Source: Rhodosorus marinus CCMP1338
Taxonomy: Eukaryota > Plantae > Rhodophyta
Reading direction: 5' to 3'
DNA: 248,000 bases
Assembly: GCA_029953675.1 (NCBI GenBank)
Contig: JAMWBK010000001.1
Span: 1,260,001-1,508,000, forward strand
Positions 222,901 through 238,399 of this stretch are shown here, in pieces. How positions within the stretch are numbered: position 1 is the stretch's first letter; the number at the start of each line of letters is the position of its first letter. A program made the position numbers and the translations under genes. Below the pieces are notes generated by a model. That model saw nothing but the letters and a program-made list of their open reading frames with translations. It ran no database searches and was not told the DNA's origin.

Positions 222901-225900
222901 AAAGGAAAACTAAGAACTAGGGAGAGAAGCATGCAAGCTCAGGCGGTGATGGCGTGCCTCGGCAAGCATAGTGCTAGACTATCGCCAAAGAGCGACACTG
223001 AGACGGTGTAGGAGCTCCAAAACTTCTACAGGACGGTCAGTAACGCATTTCCACGGCCAAGCCCGACTAGTCCAGGTGGCCAAGGGTTTCTAGTATGAAA
223101 GGCGAACCTGTGAGAACGACCCTCAGCGCAGAGGAGACTGGCCATACCCTCAGCATACTGGCGTTCCTTCACTCGGCGAAGGACCGAGGCGGCTGCTCCC
223201 GCGGCGGAGGGCGGCGGAGCTGAGATGGGCGCTTGCCACAGGACATGTGATCGCGAGGTCCACATATGTTAAGCGTCTGGTGGCGGCGCCGTGGCCGAGA
223301 CTACCCTGGGTAGTTCCGATTCCTCCTCCACCGTATGACCTACCACTCTCTAGCAGAATACTTACGGAAACCCCGCTACCGGGGTCTCATGCCACGTTCA
223401 AACGTTCAAAAGAAAAAAGAGGGGCAGCTGGTCCACGCGCTGAGCACCTAGTGCAATATGTGCGTTACCCTGCCATAGTCTCCTGTTAATTTGAGCACCG
223501 ACATCGCTTCGCTCCTCGCTCCTCGCTCCGGTGTGGTAAGTGCTTGCAGCCGTCTCGTTGGAATTCCTGCGCCGTCGGTCTAGACCGTCAAAAAGTTTCT
223601 ATAGCATTCGGAATAAACTTGTCATCCGGTTCCTCGATCGTCCTGGCTTCCTTGTAGTAGGCGATCTTCCCGTTCACAGCTACCCTCGCCGCATACCCAT
223701 TCTCACTCTAACGTATCCCCGTCTGTTGCCGCATGCCGACAGCTTTGGCAGCACGTTGTGCATATGTGGCGCCAGAGGCGGCTTGTGCCAACGTAGGAAA
223801 TTCAAGGTTCTCCTGTCTCAAGATTTCTGGGTGGGACTGCCGCTTCGTATGTAGAGAATTGCTTACGCAAAAATGAAGATAGGAACGTTTCCGTTCCTAT
223901 CTTCAACCATGCAACTTGCCTCACCGAAAGCGTCGTTGAATCCTACTCGGAGCAAGCGGCAGGTCCCCATACTCTCTTTGCCTATGGCAATCAGGCCTAG
224001 GTAGTGGTTTTGCTGAGGCGCTACACAAAGCGTGAAAGGAAAACTAGAGAGCTGGGGAAAGAAGCGTGCAAGTCCAGGCGGCGATGGCGAGCCACGGGAA
224101 GCATACTGCTAGAGTATCGCTACAGGGCGACACTGAAACCGCGTATGAGCTCCAATTATTCTCCAGGATGGTCAGTAAAGCGCTCGCGAAACCAATCCAA
224201 ACCCAACTTGTCCAGGTGGCCGCGGTTTCCCGGCTGAAAAACTGGAACCTGTGCGAGAGTTTTGTTAACATGGCTTTATTGGTTGGCTTTATTAGCATAG
224301 CCTGATGCGCTACGGATGACGTAAAAGGGAACTAGGGACTAGGGAGAAGAGCATGCAAGCCTAGGCGGCGGTGACGCCCCTCGGCGAGCATTATGCTAGA
224401 ATACCGCCAGCGAGCGACACTTAAACGGCGGACGGGCGCCAGATTGTTCAAGATGTTCGGAGGAACGTTTTGCGCAGCCAGTCCAAGCTTGACTTTTCCA
224501 GATGCCCAAATGAAAGGCTGGAACATGTGAGACCGGCTCTCTTCCCGGGGAAGGCTGGCCATGCTCTCAGCATAGCGTCGTTCCTTCACGAGGAGTTCGC
224601 TCAGGTTGTATTTCAGGCGCGTGCGTCTCTTCGTGTGATGACCTCGCAGCAGTCCGCACGAGCCCAGGAAGCGGTATCCACATCTGTCGATACGGCTCTC
224701 GCAACCCTGGCAGAAGGAACGGCGATTAGAATGCCAATGGCCCGTGGCAAACCCAGGTAGATCCGTGCCGCGGTCAGGAGCTGAGAGGCGTCCTGTCGTT
224801 GCTACGGTGGCGGGGCAGAGTGGCTAGCCATGGGTGGGATAGCTGAACTTCCATGCCGCAGGCGGTGTGGAGTTGAACTAGATTCCGTGAGCAGCACTGT
224901 GTTGGCCCCGAGTGAGGCTATGTTGGATGACATGAATGTGTGAGCTCTACGATCTGCTCAGACCCGGGTAATCGTAGAGCCCGTGGGTGACCGGGCTGAT
225001 TTGCAGATCGTCGATCATCAGGCGATTATTCATCGTTTCCAGTCCAAACTCCCTGCGTCCCCAAAGCAGCTCCCTCCAGGAAGCGAGCTCTGCGATGCTC
225101 TTCCGGAAAGGCCTTGCACTGTCGCAGGGCGTCATAGATGCGCAGTAGCGAAGCCGGAAGGTCGACTGCGTCATCGTTTGTCAGTGCCCAATTCACAATG
225201 CAGGCACTGCGGAACCCCCTAAGGGTATGCAGAGCGGTGGCCCAGGAGGCTACCGTTGCAGTCGAGCAGCAAAGACGTCGGTCACCAACTCCAAAGCCTT
225301 CAAGGCGCAAGGGTGCTCTACCCCAGAGCCATCTGGGCCTGTATGATATCCCTGCCAGGTGTCGATTCCGAGGCAAGTGGTTCATCTCAAAGTGTTCCCA
225401 AATTCGTTAGCGTCGTCTCGTCCGCCTTGGGGGCAATCCACGCCCCATTGGGTGGAAGACTTTGCAAGCCTATGGTAAGGGGCCTCGGTACCCCAGGCGT
225501 TTTGAATGAGTCCGTCATCCTATTGTCTGGAATGACAACATGCTTTCTTCGTGAGTTTTATTTTGAAAATATCTCCGTACAGGGTCAACCATCTAGACTA
225601 CCGTAGCCGCAGATACTAATCCATTCCCTCGCAACCACTAGCGCAAGCCGGCCCTTCAGAATAGTGCGAGCTCTTCAGGGGGGGGAGAGAACGGGTATTT
225701 ACACTGGTGTGACGGTACCACCACACTGTAGTGGAACTTTCCATTGATCTCCAGAATCGCTGAAATCTCCGTCGAGCTCAATATTACCTACGAAAAAGGA
225801 GAGTATTCGAAAAGTCGTCGCCGCAGAATCGTGCAACGGTTGGGCCGACGTCTGCGCTGTTGTGGGAGTGGCTCCCTCCTGCCACCTTCACTCCATCAAC

Positions 225901-227039
225901 TCTCACATCGATATTTTTAACAGTTACCTCGGGGGACTACCCCGGTCTAGCATATGCCATAATGGACATCTCACAGACTTGGTGGTCCTTAGCTAGACCA
226001 GTCAAAGGGTCACCAAAATCCCATGCTCTTTCAAGTGAATAAGACTGGCTTTATTAGTGAATAATACAGATTTACGGTCCGGCGAAACACCACATAAATA
226101 GTCGACTGCTGATCTCCACTGTTCGGGAAGTACTTAAAGCGAAACGGGACAGAGTGTTGCTGAGAGGGGTCCCGTAAGTGCGAACGACGCCAAACCATCT
226201 TCGGGGTCCCCAAAGTCTTCAAAGTTGGTAGTCACTTTCGTTGAAATCTACCGCATCGAAAAAATCCCACCTTTGGTCCCCCCCCCCCACCTTTTAAATC
226301 AATTGCTTAATGGGAGACTGAAAAAAAAATGAACCGACTCCAAAAAACAACACGGATCCGCGGTTCCAGCATTAATGCACCACCGTTCATACGCCGCAAA
226401 CAAAGAAGCTCAAACAAAGCGTAGACAACGAGGAGAGCCAGTCGGGGTGTGCTCACGAAACGATTTGTCAGTCAATGAGGGCGACCGGCATCCACAAACC
226501 CAAAATACCGTAATTTCAAAAGGGACCAACATCCCGATGTGTGCAGAGCCGAATTCCGCGGGAAGACGGTAACCCCCCCCCCGCATCTTTCACTTCTTTA
226601 ATGAATGAATGAATGAATGGTTTAATCGGAGGCTGAAAAAAAAAACCCCGAGGGGAAAAAAAGACTAAGCGCGGCGAAGTACTCGCGCCTCCAACATCAA
226701 AGCGGCATTCATGCGCCACAGCAGGAAACTTAAGCGGGTAAACAACGATTGAAGACGGTCAGGGCGTTCGCGGAACAACTCCCGAAGCCAGCGAGAACCA
226801 ACAGAGTCCATGAACCCAAAGCACTCAATGATCAGGGGTACCAAGCGATGTGCTAGTGCCGAAGGACGAACACCAGGGGAAGACAAAGCCCCCGCGTATT
226901 TGATCTATTTGCGGGTTACGGAGTGCTCTAGTAAACCATTCATTCATTCAGTAAAGCTAGTTTTTTTTTTTTTTTTTTTTTCCCCTCGGGGTTTTTTTTT
227001 TTTTTTTCAGCCTCCGATTAAACCATTCATTCAGTAAAG

Positions 227040-230000
227040 CTAGTTTTGCACTTCGATTTTGACCGTTTCTCGGGCAATTTCCTGTCTCCGGGAGAAACGG
227101 CAGGGCTCTCTGAGCATGAGAGCAGCGTGAAGGCGGCAGCGATCCATTGGCTACGGATTCAGCGCCTTGAGAGGATCTTGTTGGAGCGGTTCCGGTCGGG
227201 CCCTCGTCACCTGCGCATGGCGGTTTCCAGTTTCTTCGATCTGGAGAGGCGACTTGTGCTGACTTCGCGCTACAAGACAGAGCTGCAGCGGGTGGGGATT
227301 TTGGAGGGCTCTGCTTCCAGCACTACTTCCAGCGAGAGTGGTGAGGAAGGGGAGCAGACTGAGGGCACGGCGGTGGAGGACGCCCAGGTTACTTTGCTGA
227401 AGCCCGCGGGATCCGTTCCGCGAGCCTCGCGGAGTGGGTGGCTCACGACTTTGGTGCGGATAGGAGGTAAGAGAGCGAGGACCGACTCCCCCGGGTCTAA
227501 GGGGGAGAAGCACGATTAGCGCTCCAGGCACAGCTGCGAGGTCGCAGCCTATGGATCTACAGTCTTATGTCCTGAAGGAGGGCGGAGACTGGGGCATTTG
227601 GCGTACGCGTTTTCGGAGTTGGCTCCGGCGGTGGATTTCTTTGGAAGGAGGCTCGCTTCCCCTCCGTGGGGGCATTCCCCCAGTCGTCCTTCCTCGTGGA
227701 GACCTTCTAGTAGCTGGAACCATTCTCGATTTCATCTTCACGAGCCTGGCTCGCAACATTCGGGACACAGTCATTTGGGTTTTTCTGGGGGTCATGCCGC
227801 GCCTGATTCTGGCCCCCATTCACACATCGGAGCGCAGATGGCGAGTACGAGACCGACTGGCCCTGTTCTTGAAGGGAGACTTCGAAGTACTACAGCGCAG
227901 CTATTTGGCGTCGTCAGCACCATCCGCCCGTCGGACTCGGCATGGCACAGTGTCGCCCGTGCCGGCTCGAGTACAGAAATTGGTAGCAGTGGGCGATTTA
228001 AGTCGAGCGGCGCGGGTTTTGGAGGGCCAGGCGCCTGTCCTCCCCTACGATGATAGTCTCGCCCAGACGGTGTGGTCTTTGTTCCCTGAGTCCGACGTGG
228101 ATTTGTCCCCTGAATTCGAGGTATTCTTGGACCGTCCGGAGTTGGCCAGGTTTCGCATCGATCTGACGCTCAGTGAGTCTGACCTGGAGGATTTGCTTCG
228201 TACCTCGCGTCGGGGACGCTGTCCCGGACCCTCCGGACTAAGAACAGAGCTATTGCAGGCCCTGAGCCAGCCTGGCAAGAGCGCGCTTCTGAGGTTCCTT
228301 AACAAGTTGTTCCAGGGCGTATCGGGTGCGTCTGCGCCATGGGAACATCTCCGGCAGGCGCAGCTTTGCTTGCTCACGAAACCTGACCACCAGCCGGCCC
228401 ACCCGCGTCTCCGGCCGATCGGGATGGTGGAGAGCCTACGGAAGTTAGCCGGGAGGTGGCTATGCCAGCGCCTTCGCCAGCGCGTTACAGCTTTTATGGC
228501 GCCCTTGCAAGTAGGGGTGGGATTTTCTGGGGGTTGCGAACTGATCACCCATGGGATCGAGCTAGAACGCGCCAGTAGGCCGGAGTGGGGAGTCTTGGTG
228601 GTTGATTTCCGGAACGCATTCAACAGCGTGTCGCGGACGCATGCGCTAGAGGTGCTCCGACGGGTGTTTCCGGAGGCGTGGCCGTTTCTATCGGGTATTT
228701 ACGGAGGGGAGAGCCTCCCCTACTTGACAACGGAAGGCACTGTTTTTCAAGCACATACTGGCGTCCAACAAGGCGACCCTTGCGGACCTCTTCTTCATGC
228801 CTGTGCCCTACAGCTCGTACTTTTACGTCTTTCGACTGAGGTCTCGGATCTTCGAATCTGCGCGTACCACGATGACGTAACATTGCTGGGCACCCCTGAC
228901 ACCCTGGCTAGGGGACTGACCGCGATCGAAGCGATTGCACGTCGCGTCGGTTTGACTGTGGAAACAGAAAAATGTCGCTTTCTCCCCCCGAGGGACGTGT
229001 CGCTGACCTCTCTGCCACCCACTCTGCGACTAATCAGCGAACGTGAAGGGTTCGAACACCACGGCGTCGGATTGGGGACTGACAACTTTGTCCAAGCATC
229101 CTGCGAGCGAGTTTTGGCACGGCACAAGCAACTCACCGACGCCATTGAGCATCTACCCGACAGCATGCTGCAATCGGCCTGCTTGCTTTCCCGCTTTTGT
229201 GCCGGTCCCAGACTCAACTACTGGTTGCGCAGCCTGCCTCCAGCTTGGGGCTCGTGGATCGCGGCTAAAGCCGACGAAATGACCCTGCAACACTGGGGAA
229301 CGCTCTTGGATGAGCCCCTCGATCTTGGAGCTGCTCCCGACAGGGACTTTATTCGTGAACAGATCGCTCTACCGTTGCGATTAGGGGGATTCGGCGTCGC
229401 AGACCGTGGGCTGGTATGCTCGCCAGCGGCGGTTGCCTCCTGGGCTACCGCGCCGCGAACGTTGGTGACCTTCCAGATGCGAAGTGTCTGCCTCTTGGCT
229501 CGAGCTTTGACCAACGAGGATCCAGTGACCCTGCCGCCCCCGCTTTTGACAATTTATGATGGTCTTCAACACGCGTTCAGGAGGTGCAACGCCGTGCCGG
229601 ACGCAAATCGGTCCCGCTTTGGTTCCTGGAGGGAGCTGTTATGGGGACGAGCTGAAGCGATTGAGGATTGTCCCCTCGACCGAGTTCTTGCCGATGACGG
229701 AGAGGCTAGCCCCGGGTCCCCTGTTGCAGACTACCCGGGTTTGAGCCGATTGTGGAGCTCCCGCACTGATGTGATTCAACATAGCCTCACCTGGGGCCAA
229801 CACAGTGCCGCTCACACAGTCATGCTCAATTCTCCTCTCACGCCGCCTACCACTGCCGCTCGTCTCCGCGGCATGGGAGGCCACCTCTCGCACTTGTGGT
229901 TAACCACTCTACCGTCGTCATTGAGTCATCGTCTCGATGCTTTCCAGTTCCGTTCTGCCGCACGGATCTATCTCGGTTTGCCACAGGCTCCGTGGCACTC

Positions 230001-230710
230001 TAATCGGCCGTCTTTCTGTCAGGGATGTGAGAGCCGGATTAACGCTTGTGGCTACCACTTCCTGGGTTCCTGCGGACTGTTGCGAGGTCTCCGTACGAGG
230101 CGTCACACTCGCCTCAAGTACATCCTCAGCGAATATTTGACTCGGATAGGGCATACGGTTGAGGTTGAGTCGGAACTGCCCAGATCAATCTCGGACTCTG
230201 CACCGCCCCGTTGTATAGCCGATCTCCTCGTCTCCGACGCTACTGCCAGACGCTCAACATATGTGGACCTTGCGATTACCTGCCCCGTGGCCAGCGCCCA
230301 CCTCACCGCAGCCGCCCGCCGCCGGGGGGCCGCGGCTTCAGCCCTTCGAAGAGGTTAAGGAACGACGGTATGCTGAGAGCATGGCCAGTCTGCCTTGCGC
230401 TGAGGGTCGCTCTCACCGGTTCCAGCCATTCATTGTGGAAAGCTTTGGTCACGTGGATAAGTCGGGTTTAGAGTGGTTGCGGAAATGTTTTGCTGAGCAT
230501 CCTACTGAATATTTGGCGCTCTTGAGGCGTTGAAGTGTCTCCCTTTGGCGATATTCCAGCGACATGCTTTCCGAGGCGCGCCATCGGCGCCTGGGGTTGC
230601 ATGCTTCGCGCGCTAGTTATTAGTTCATCTTCACGCCTTGCGTAGCGCTTCAGGCTATGCTAGTAAAGTCCAGTAAAGTCCAGTAAAGCGTATGCAAGTA
230701 AAGTCCAGTA
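227040..230710 (+). mobile_element. Family A, 5'-truncated in ORF1, ORF2 nearly intact (late frameshift)
   Basis: ORF 227551..230358 (935 aa); tail (agtaaagtcc)n. Confidence 0.93.
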
Positions 230711-233700
230711 AAGCGTCCACGACTGCGTGCGTCCATACGCCGGGCAAAACAAGAAGCTCAAACAAGGGTAGACAACAAGGAGAGCCGGTCGGGGGGCTCA
230801 CGAATCGATTTGTGCAGTCAATGGGGGCCACTAGCATCCACGAACCCAAAATACCGTAATTTCAAAACGGACCAGCATCCCGATGTCCAGAGTCGATCTA
230901 CGAATTCCACGAGAAGACAACCCCCCCCCCCCCTCGCATTTTTCACTTCTTTGATAAGGTTTTACGGCGTCCTTTAGTAAAGCGTTCACGGCTACGTTAG
231001 TCTGGGGTTCCTGGGGGGAGACAACCCCCTCACCGACATATTTCGCTTCTATGAAGCTGTTGAACGTTTGTTTTTTTTTGCTGTTTCACGTTCCCCCCCT
231101 TTTGCTCGGCCCGCACCGGAGGGCAAAATCTTATCAACACAAAGTATATACAAGAATCTCGCAAAAATAAAAACAAACATGAAACGAACTAAAAAGTAGT
231201 ATTTTTTTGAAACAGCGACGGAGCAAAGAAAGTATATACAAAACTCTCGCAAAAAACGAGAAACGGACTAAAAATAGTATTAAACATTAAAAAATACTCA
231301 CGCGTGCTACAGATATAACAAATGTCAATCACTTTAATTTCTTGAGTTTGCATTTCTTGTACACGTAGTAAATGGGGAATATTATTACGAAAATAGGATC
231401 AATTCACTTCTATGAAAGTATGCCGGGCTGTTCAGCTCTTGAATGAAATTGTTTTTTTTACTGTTTCACGTTCTTTCGTACTTTCTCAGTCCGCACGGGA
231501 GGGTAGAAACTTTTATTAAAAAAGCATATACAAGCCGGTAGGGTCGCTTGTGGAGCCAAAGGGGGGCGCGACCGAAATGCACAAATCGAGGGGACCAGAC
231601 CAGGCCGCCCAATGTGTTTCGAATTTCAGGGGAAGCCCGAAGACGAGCATATTTCACCTCTTTGATGAGGTTAGCTTGCCTTAAGGGCTTTGCGTGTGGA
231701 TCAGTCGGACCAACCACTGATCTCTTGTTTTTGTTTTTTATCGTAGCTAGCGACCCCGGATTGCTGGGGTTAAACCCAACCGTCTTCCCTAGATAGGGTT
231801 TGCGCGTTAGGCAGTTGCCCAGTCAAGTCTACTGTTACGTTAGTCTGGGGTACTCCTGGAGAGGGGGTCTAAGTCAGATTGGAGCGAACATAGAGTAGTG
231901 GTATTGCGCTGCTGTAGGTAGCTGCCGAATAAAGGCCACGGGGTTCTAAGGGGTGACAAAGTCCGTGCAAATTTTTCACTTCTTTGGAAGTATGCGGGCT
232001 TGTGCAACTGTTGAACGAATTTTTTTTTTGGACTGCTTTCACGTTTTCCCCTTGCAGCCCACCGCGAAGGTAGAATCTTATCTCAAAAAGTATATTACAA
232101 AAATCTGACAAAAATAAATACTAAAGACGTGCTAAAAAGTAGTAGACTTTCAGCCTCCGATTAAACCATTCATTCATTTTTAAAGGACTCAACGCGTTAA
232201 AGGCTCGAAACTGATCCTATTTTCGTCAACACGAAATGCTTAGGTGCTCGAACGCGACAGCGAGATCAATGTATGTGGGACGCCGGCTATCCAGTAGATT
232301 GGCCATTCAGCGCTCATCATTTTGGGAGTCCGCGACAGCAGCGGCTTCTCACGTCCAATTTCAAGACCAGTTTGCCGGACGATATTACGAATTTCACTGT
232401 ATATCAAGTTCAAAATCCGCGTTTGAGCACCTTAGCACTTCGTATACACGTAGTGGATGCCGAATATGACGAAAATAGGATCAATTTCGAACCTGATAGG
232501 AGCTGAACACAAGTACTCTTCGCTCCCTGTCGAGAACATATCCGTATTGCGCGAGCTCAATGTCTGTACAATTGACATTGGTGTAGAGATGGATATTAAG
232601 CCCTTTATACGTTCCAAAACCGAAAAATACCAGCATCTTCTCGAAAATCTGTTGTTTATGGGGAGGTATGTGACCCCAAAGAGTTGATAGCAAACGTGTA
232701 CAATCGAAGCGACCCCCTTCACCATGAAGACTTTTTCAGAGTTGTTGATACAATGCCATCCTAGCACATGGCCCTGGAACGTGTTGATGAGAAACAAAAT
232801 GGGCGTGCAAACTCTAGGATGGAAGCTAACCTGTTGAATCAAGACACACGCGTGTATACCATGAAATGACTTCGAAGCATGAGTCTGATGCCAATATCAG
232901 CCAAGATCGTTTGTCATCCTAGTGAGGGAGACTCTTAAGATAAAAAGCAATAAGAGACATATAAGAAACAGGAAACAGGTACAAAAACACCTACTTTGTC
233001 CACAAAGATGTCAACGTCATTATGAGAATCTTCTTCTCTAATACCTTTCATCCAATGAACGAATTGCTTATCGCCCAACACTACAATCACTTTAGTTCTG
233101 GGCTGACCAGGTTTTTTTCAACTCAGCGGTCATGACGACACTCTGCCCTATAAAAATTATAAAAAGTTATGAAAAGGGTATACAAAACGAGTAAAAACAT
233201 AAAAGTTAAAAATGTATTTAAAAGTATGACACGGGATTGATAATAAGCAAATTCGTTCATTGGATGAAGAGAGTTAGAGTAGAAGATTCTCATCATGACG
233301 TTGATATCCCGACTCTTTGGAGTCATACCTCCCCATGAAATATTTTTTTCTTTTTTTTTCGAGGAAGGTGGAAGGCATTTTTCGATTCTGGAACGTATTA
233401 TGAAGGGCTTAATATCGATCTCTACACCAACGTCGATTGTAGCTCACGCAATACAGATGTTGCGCAGTATGGAGCGAAAAGTAGTTGTGTCCAACCCCTT
233501 AACAGGTTCGAAACTGATCCTATTTTTTCGTCATATTCAGCACTCAATACGGGTCTACAAAGTGCAAACCCAACAGCTAAAGATGTTGACATTTGACTAG
233601 CTGAACAGTACGTGTGAGTACTTTTTAATGCTTTCTACTACTTTTTAGAGGGTCTTTACTATTTTATTTATTTTTGTGAGGCTTTTGTATGTACTTTTTT

Positions 233701-235846
233701 GATAAGATTCTACTCCCCTGGTGTTGGGCATTCGTTCGGTGTTGGGCTGAGCGACGGGAAATGTGAAACAGTAAAAAAAAACAATTTCATCCGACTTAGA
233801 CTCCACCTGGGTCTCACCCATCCCTACAACTAGTTTTTTTGCCGGACAACGCTTCACCCGGTGCCCGGGTTAATGACCCCCAAAGCACCTCCTCTGCCTC
233901 CAGTCTTCACTCCGGTTGTCCAGACGAACAGAGGTCACTTCCCTGACCTCGGTCACACGTTCCCAGGTTCTTCAGAGAGAGCGTCCCAACTAGACTGCCT
234001 TCGACGGTCTTCATAGGGACCCACCCATACCGTACTATGCCGTACTATGAGCGTGTTGTGCAGGACGCGGATCAGCGCCACCTGCGTCTGTTGATTCGCG
234101 CCTTGCACCTATTCTCTGCACGGAGTCCAAAAGGTTGGCCACATGATATATTTCCTCGTAACCGTAAGCTTTACTGGGCAGCTGCCTACTGCAGCGCAAC
234201 ACTACGTCTAATCCTATCTAGGCAGAAACTTACTGGAACCCCGCTACCGGGGTCTCATGCTACGTTCAAAAGAAAAAACAGGCACCAGCGGATTCTCCAA
234301 CTGGTCCACGCGCAAAGCGCCTAATGCTATCTCTGCGTTACCAAAAAAAAAGCTTCTGAGACAGAACTTGAACTGGACTCGCACGGCCAAAAAAAATAAA
234401 AGCAAAACTGACCAATCTGGACATGTCGAGGCTCTCTGTTCTCAGGACAAACCTCTTGCCGAGGCCTTTGTATCCAATAAGAGGACGGCGTTTTGGAATC
234501 TGGTGCTGAGGGAAGCCGCCAGAAAACAGATATGGTTAATGGTCTTGTGTCTTTTGGGGGGATGCCATCGACTAGGAACATGCCCTACTTTGGACCAACA
234601 TCACAATGCTCCTGCATGGAGAGTATAAAGTATACACCAGTACGGCGTTGTGGAGGGATTTGTGGAGGGATTTGTGGATTGGAAAGCCTCGTTCACGAAA
234701 AAGACCTTGCTCTTTGTTTTGTGTTTTTTTTGGAGGGTAGCCTTACTTTGGAACAACACTCGACATCCATTTCAGAGAGCTTTCAGAACGGCTCCTTCGA
234801 TAGAGATATTCAAGAGAACGATGCACCCGCTCTCTTCCACAAGTATGTTGGATTTTCAATCTCTCCCTGGCGGAGATCCTTCGCATTTCCAGAATCGGTG
234901 CTGGGAATTTCGGATACGCTTTGTGTGGAGAGAAGAAATCACGCATATTTTTCCCGAAAACCCAGTAAAATTCGGTGGCAGGCAGCTTTTGGTTCGATGT
235001 ACAACCATGTCCAAAGGTTGGCGATATGATACGTTTGGTAAAAAGAATTCGTTCGAGATAGAAATTCGTACCGTAAAAGAAAAAGGGACAAAAATGATCT
235101 TGTCGAGGCCTCTGTCGCCAGGAGGTTTGGAGGCGCTCCTGCTGAGGGGAGCCTCGTCGTCCAAAAAAACAGATGTAGTTGATGGCCTTGTGGTTTCTTT
235201 TTTTTTGCAAGCCATCGGAACATGCCCTACTTTGGACCTATAGCACAATATCCCTCGATGTAGACAAAAGCCGTCACCGATCTGGAGAGTTTTTTGGAGA
235301 GGCTCCTTCGATCGAGGCAATGCGGGGAGCGAGGCTCCCACTCTCTTCAACAAGTACGGGGGATCTTCCGATTTTCCATAGAGCCCTTCCTCCCCTGACA
235401 GAGCCCGGAAGGTCTATCAAAGCAACTTCCAAAAGACGGAATCTTCCGATTTTTCGTAACTGGTTTTTAGAAAAGTCCTCCGAAACAGTGAGTCTTCCGA
235501 TTTTCCGTCGATGTTCCCCCAACCCCCCCCCCCCCTCCCCGGCTTCCTCCGGGGTGGCTCTACCAAGTAAGGCCCCGCAAGGCTGGAAAACCTGACCCAC
235601 CGTGGGATGGGATCAAACACCAGAAACTCGTATACTAGCCTGAAGCGCTACGCAAGGCGGGCTGTGGGGTGGGAGGCATATTGCTTGTATAAAGCGAGAG
235701 CACAGGCGTGGAGAGGGCCGCAAACGGGAGGCGCTAGGCTGGTGGTTTTTTTCGTGGCATACGGTGGTTTAGTCTGGTTTTGGAAAAAATTGGACCTCGG
235801 GCCTTGTGCTTTTCGTTGGTGTTTTGTTGTGTGGAATCAGCAAAAA

Positions 235847-237031
235847 ATGGTTGCTCTTAGGGGTTGTTGGTCACCTCTGGTTTTGTTGCTTCTGCTTGTG
235901 GCATCGAGATACTGTTCTTCTCTGAAGATGAAGGACTTCTGGAGGAAGAATGCCCAGCCCAGTTGCTCAACCTTTTTGTCCAGTGCTGACGTCGCCCGGC
236001 TTGGTGAGGATGGGGAGGTATGTGTAGACCTTTCCACAACTCCGTTTGATCGCCGTCGGCGTCCAGACCTTCCAGAAGTAATGGGAAGTGCCTGCGCAAC
236101 CTTGAACGAAGACAGGGACCAACTGGAAGTCAAGTTCCAAATACTTGATGGGGTTGGGGGTGACTTTGTGCTCAAGAGGACTCAGGGAGGTGTGTATATT
236201 AGGAAATCACATATTCCACGCAGCACCTCCCGAGCGTACAAGAAGAGTGTCTGGCATACCGGCCATGTGACAGAAGCCACCATGAGTTTCGACTTGACAA
236301 GCGTCCGCCACGATTGTTGCTCCAAGGGAATCCTGCTAGTCTTGAGAGCGATCGTTTATCCGAAATCAAATCCGAGATCCCGCTTTTTCCTCTACCCAGC
236401 TGAAGATGACAGCGGGACTTGCAAGAGAAACTATCGGAGCCGTGTGAGAACGTGCGTACTGGATGTTTCTTGCGAAGAAGATGAATGTGCAGCTCCCGAC
236501 GTGGACGCAACAACGTGTGTTCGAGCCATTTGCCCGGATACAACTTCTTCCGTCGGACCGGTTGTCTGTGATATTATCAATCAGTCCGTAGATACACCGT
236601 GTACTTTGTTTGGAGACTCGGGAGTACGTTTTTCAAATCAGCACTGCCTTGCTGAGCCTTCTGAAAATTTAGTCTTGGGGTTGCTCTATCTCTAGACATG
236701 GCAGTCGGACACTGCCGGAAACCATTGTGTCTGTGAACCCAACAACACCCCGGCGCCTTGTATTCTAGAAGGCGTGAATGTTGAGATCTTTCCAGGCGAT
236801 CGATGCTTTTTTGCAACGAACCCAAGTGAAATGGCCATTCGCACTTCCGCAAACGGTGAATGCGAGTGTACCGGGGATCCTCAGGCGGTCGTTTGTGGGC
236901 AAAGCTTGACTGGAGCGGAATGCCTTAGTAATTCCAATGCACCCGGGGTACGCGATTTTGCTGATTTTTTGGGAAGGTTTCCTGGACCGGTTGGTGCTCA
237001 CCTGATCCCTACTCGTATTTTGTCAAAATGA
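235847..237031 (+). CDS. Secreted protein: Cys-domain + Cys-rich repeats, frameshift near 236690 (pseudogene or sequence error)
   Basis: MVALRGCWSPLVLLLLLVAS signal; continues NHCVCEPNN..CECTG in another frame. Confidence 0.65.
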
Positions 237032-238399
237032 AGGTGTTCTTGAATATCGGGGTAAATGCCCAGGGTGGAGTAGAGGTAGGTCAGTGCAGAAAGAGAACCT
237101 ATCGAAGAGGAAGAACACACCTCATAATCGGACCGTGAACGTCTCCAACGGACTGCCAACAGTGCGTTTGCACAGGAGCCTGTGAATATCTCACCAACCC
237201 GGTATCGAATCCGAGTGCTGTTGCTGTTGGTCACATTGGACAAGAATGCAGCGCAGAGCTAGCTGGTTCGGATGTGAAACCTCCAGGGGTAAGTTATCCA
237301 CGCGCATATGAAAAGGTGTTGGAGGCCGAATAGTGTGTGTCTACTGAAGCTTCTCTTCATGGACTCCTCCGCTTTTGCCCTAGGTACTCGTTGACTCCAG
237401 ATTGGGAACCTGCTCCTGCCAGCCATTGGATTGGGCGCTCGATCTCCAGTGTGAGTTTGAGGAAATAGATTCTGACGGGTCCGTAAGTGTCGAGGAGGAC
237501 CGTGTCTATGAAGGATGTAGGATCGGTGGTAACACTCGAGGAGTGAGCAATCCAAAACACAAGCCGTGCTGACAAGACGAAGCGACATGGAGCAACAGCT
237601 CACCCTGTCTTTACTTCTGGGTTTCTAGGTCCTGATTCCGTCGAACGCGGATCCAGCTGTTTGTGACTGTGTACCGAGAGAGTCTTGTCAGTGTCCCTAT
237701 GGTCAGACGTGCCAGTATGCCGGTATGAATCCTGGCGATTCGTGCCAGACCGAGTTTGGCAATGGGGTATGGCCAGAAAGATAACAATTTCAACGAAATT
237801 TCCTGGCTTTTGGGAATTCTTACCAGTTCACGTGTCTGCCATAGTTCCTAGCACAAAGATCCGATAATGGTGGGTGCAATTGCAGAATCAATTGTGAGCT
237901 GGATTCACCTTGTGACGGGGACTGTGACGATTACACGTTTGGCTCATGTGAGATCAACGGCGTGAGAGGGGTAGGCGTCGTGAACCCGTTCGGAGACCTT
238001 GCCCATAAAGCTCTTCTAACTAGATAATTTTGTACGCCCGGGGAGTTAGTTTGTAATACCAACTTCAGAGGCTGGCGTATGCACTTGTGAGTTCTGTGAT
238101 CCTGGCCAGTGTGGGTATCCTGACCTTGGATGCATTCACGAAGGATCATCATGCACTGATCTTTCTGGTCGAGCGGACGTAAGTATATATAGAATCTGCG
238201 GGCTAGCTCTAGAAGCTCACGTACCCATGTGATATTTTTCTGCGCCATTCAAAATCTTTGCAAAGGTCCTCCTCCGCGACGTTGAGACAAGATGTACTTG
238301 TGGTTGTGACTTACGCATCGGATCCCAATTTTTGAGGAGGTCATCCGCCGGAAAAGCTTGTGGTCTAGATTTAGCCACTGGCGTGGTACGTCGGAGATA

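Noticed and set aside
235607-235846. N-terminal extension of the 362-aa ORF
   Set aside because: Begins in a family A tail scar (SLKRYARR); the real start is likely the signal-peptide ATG at 235847
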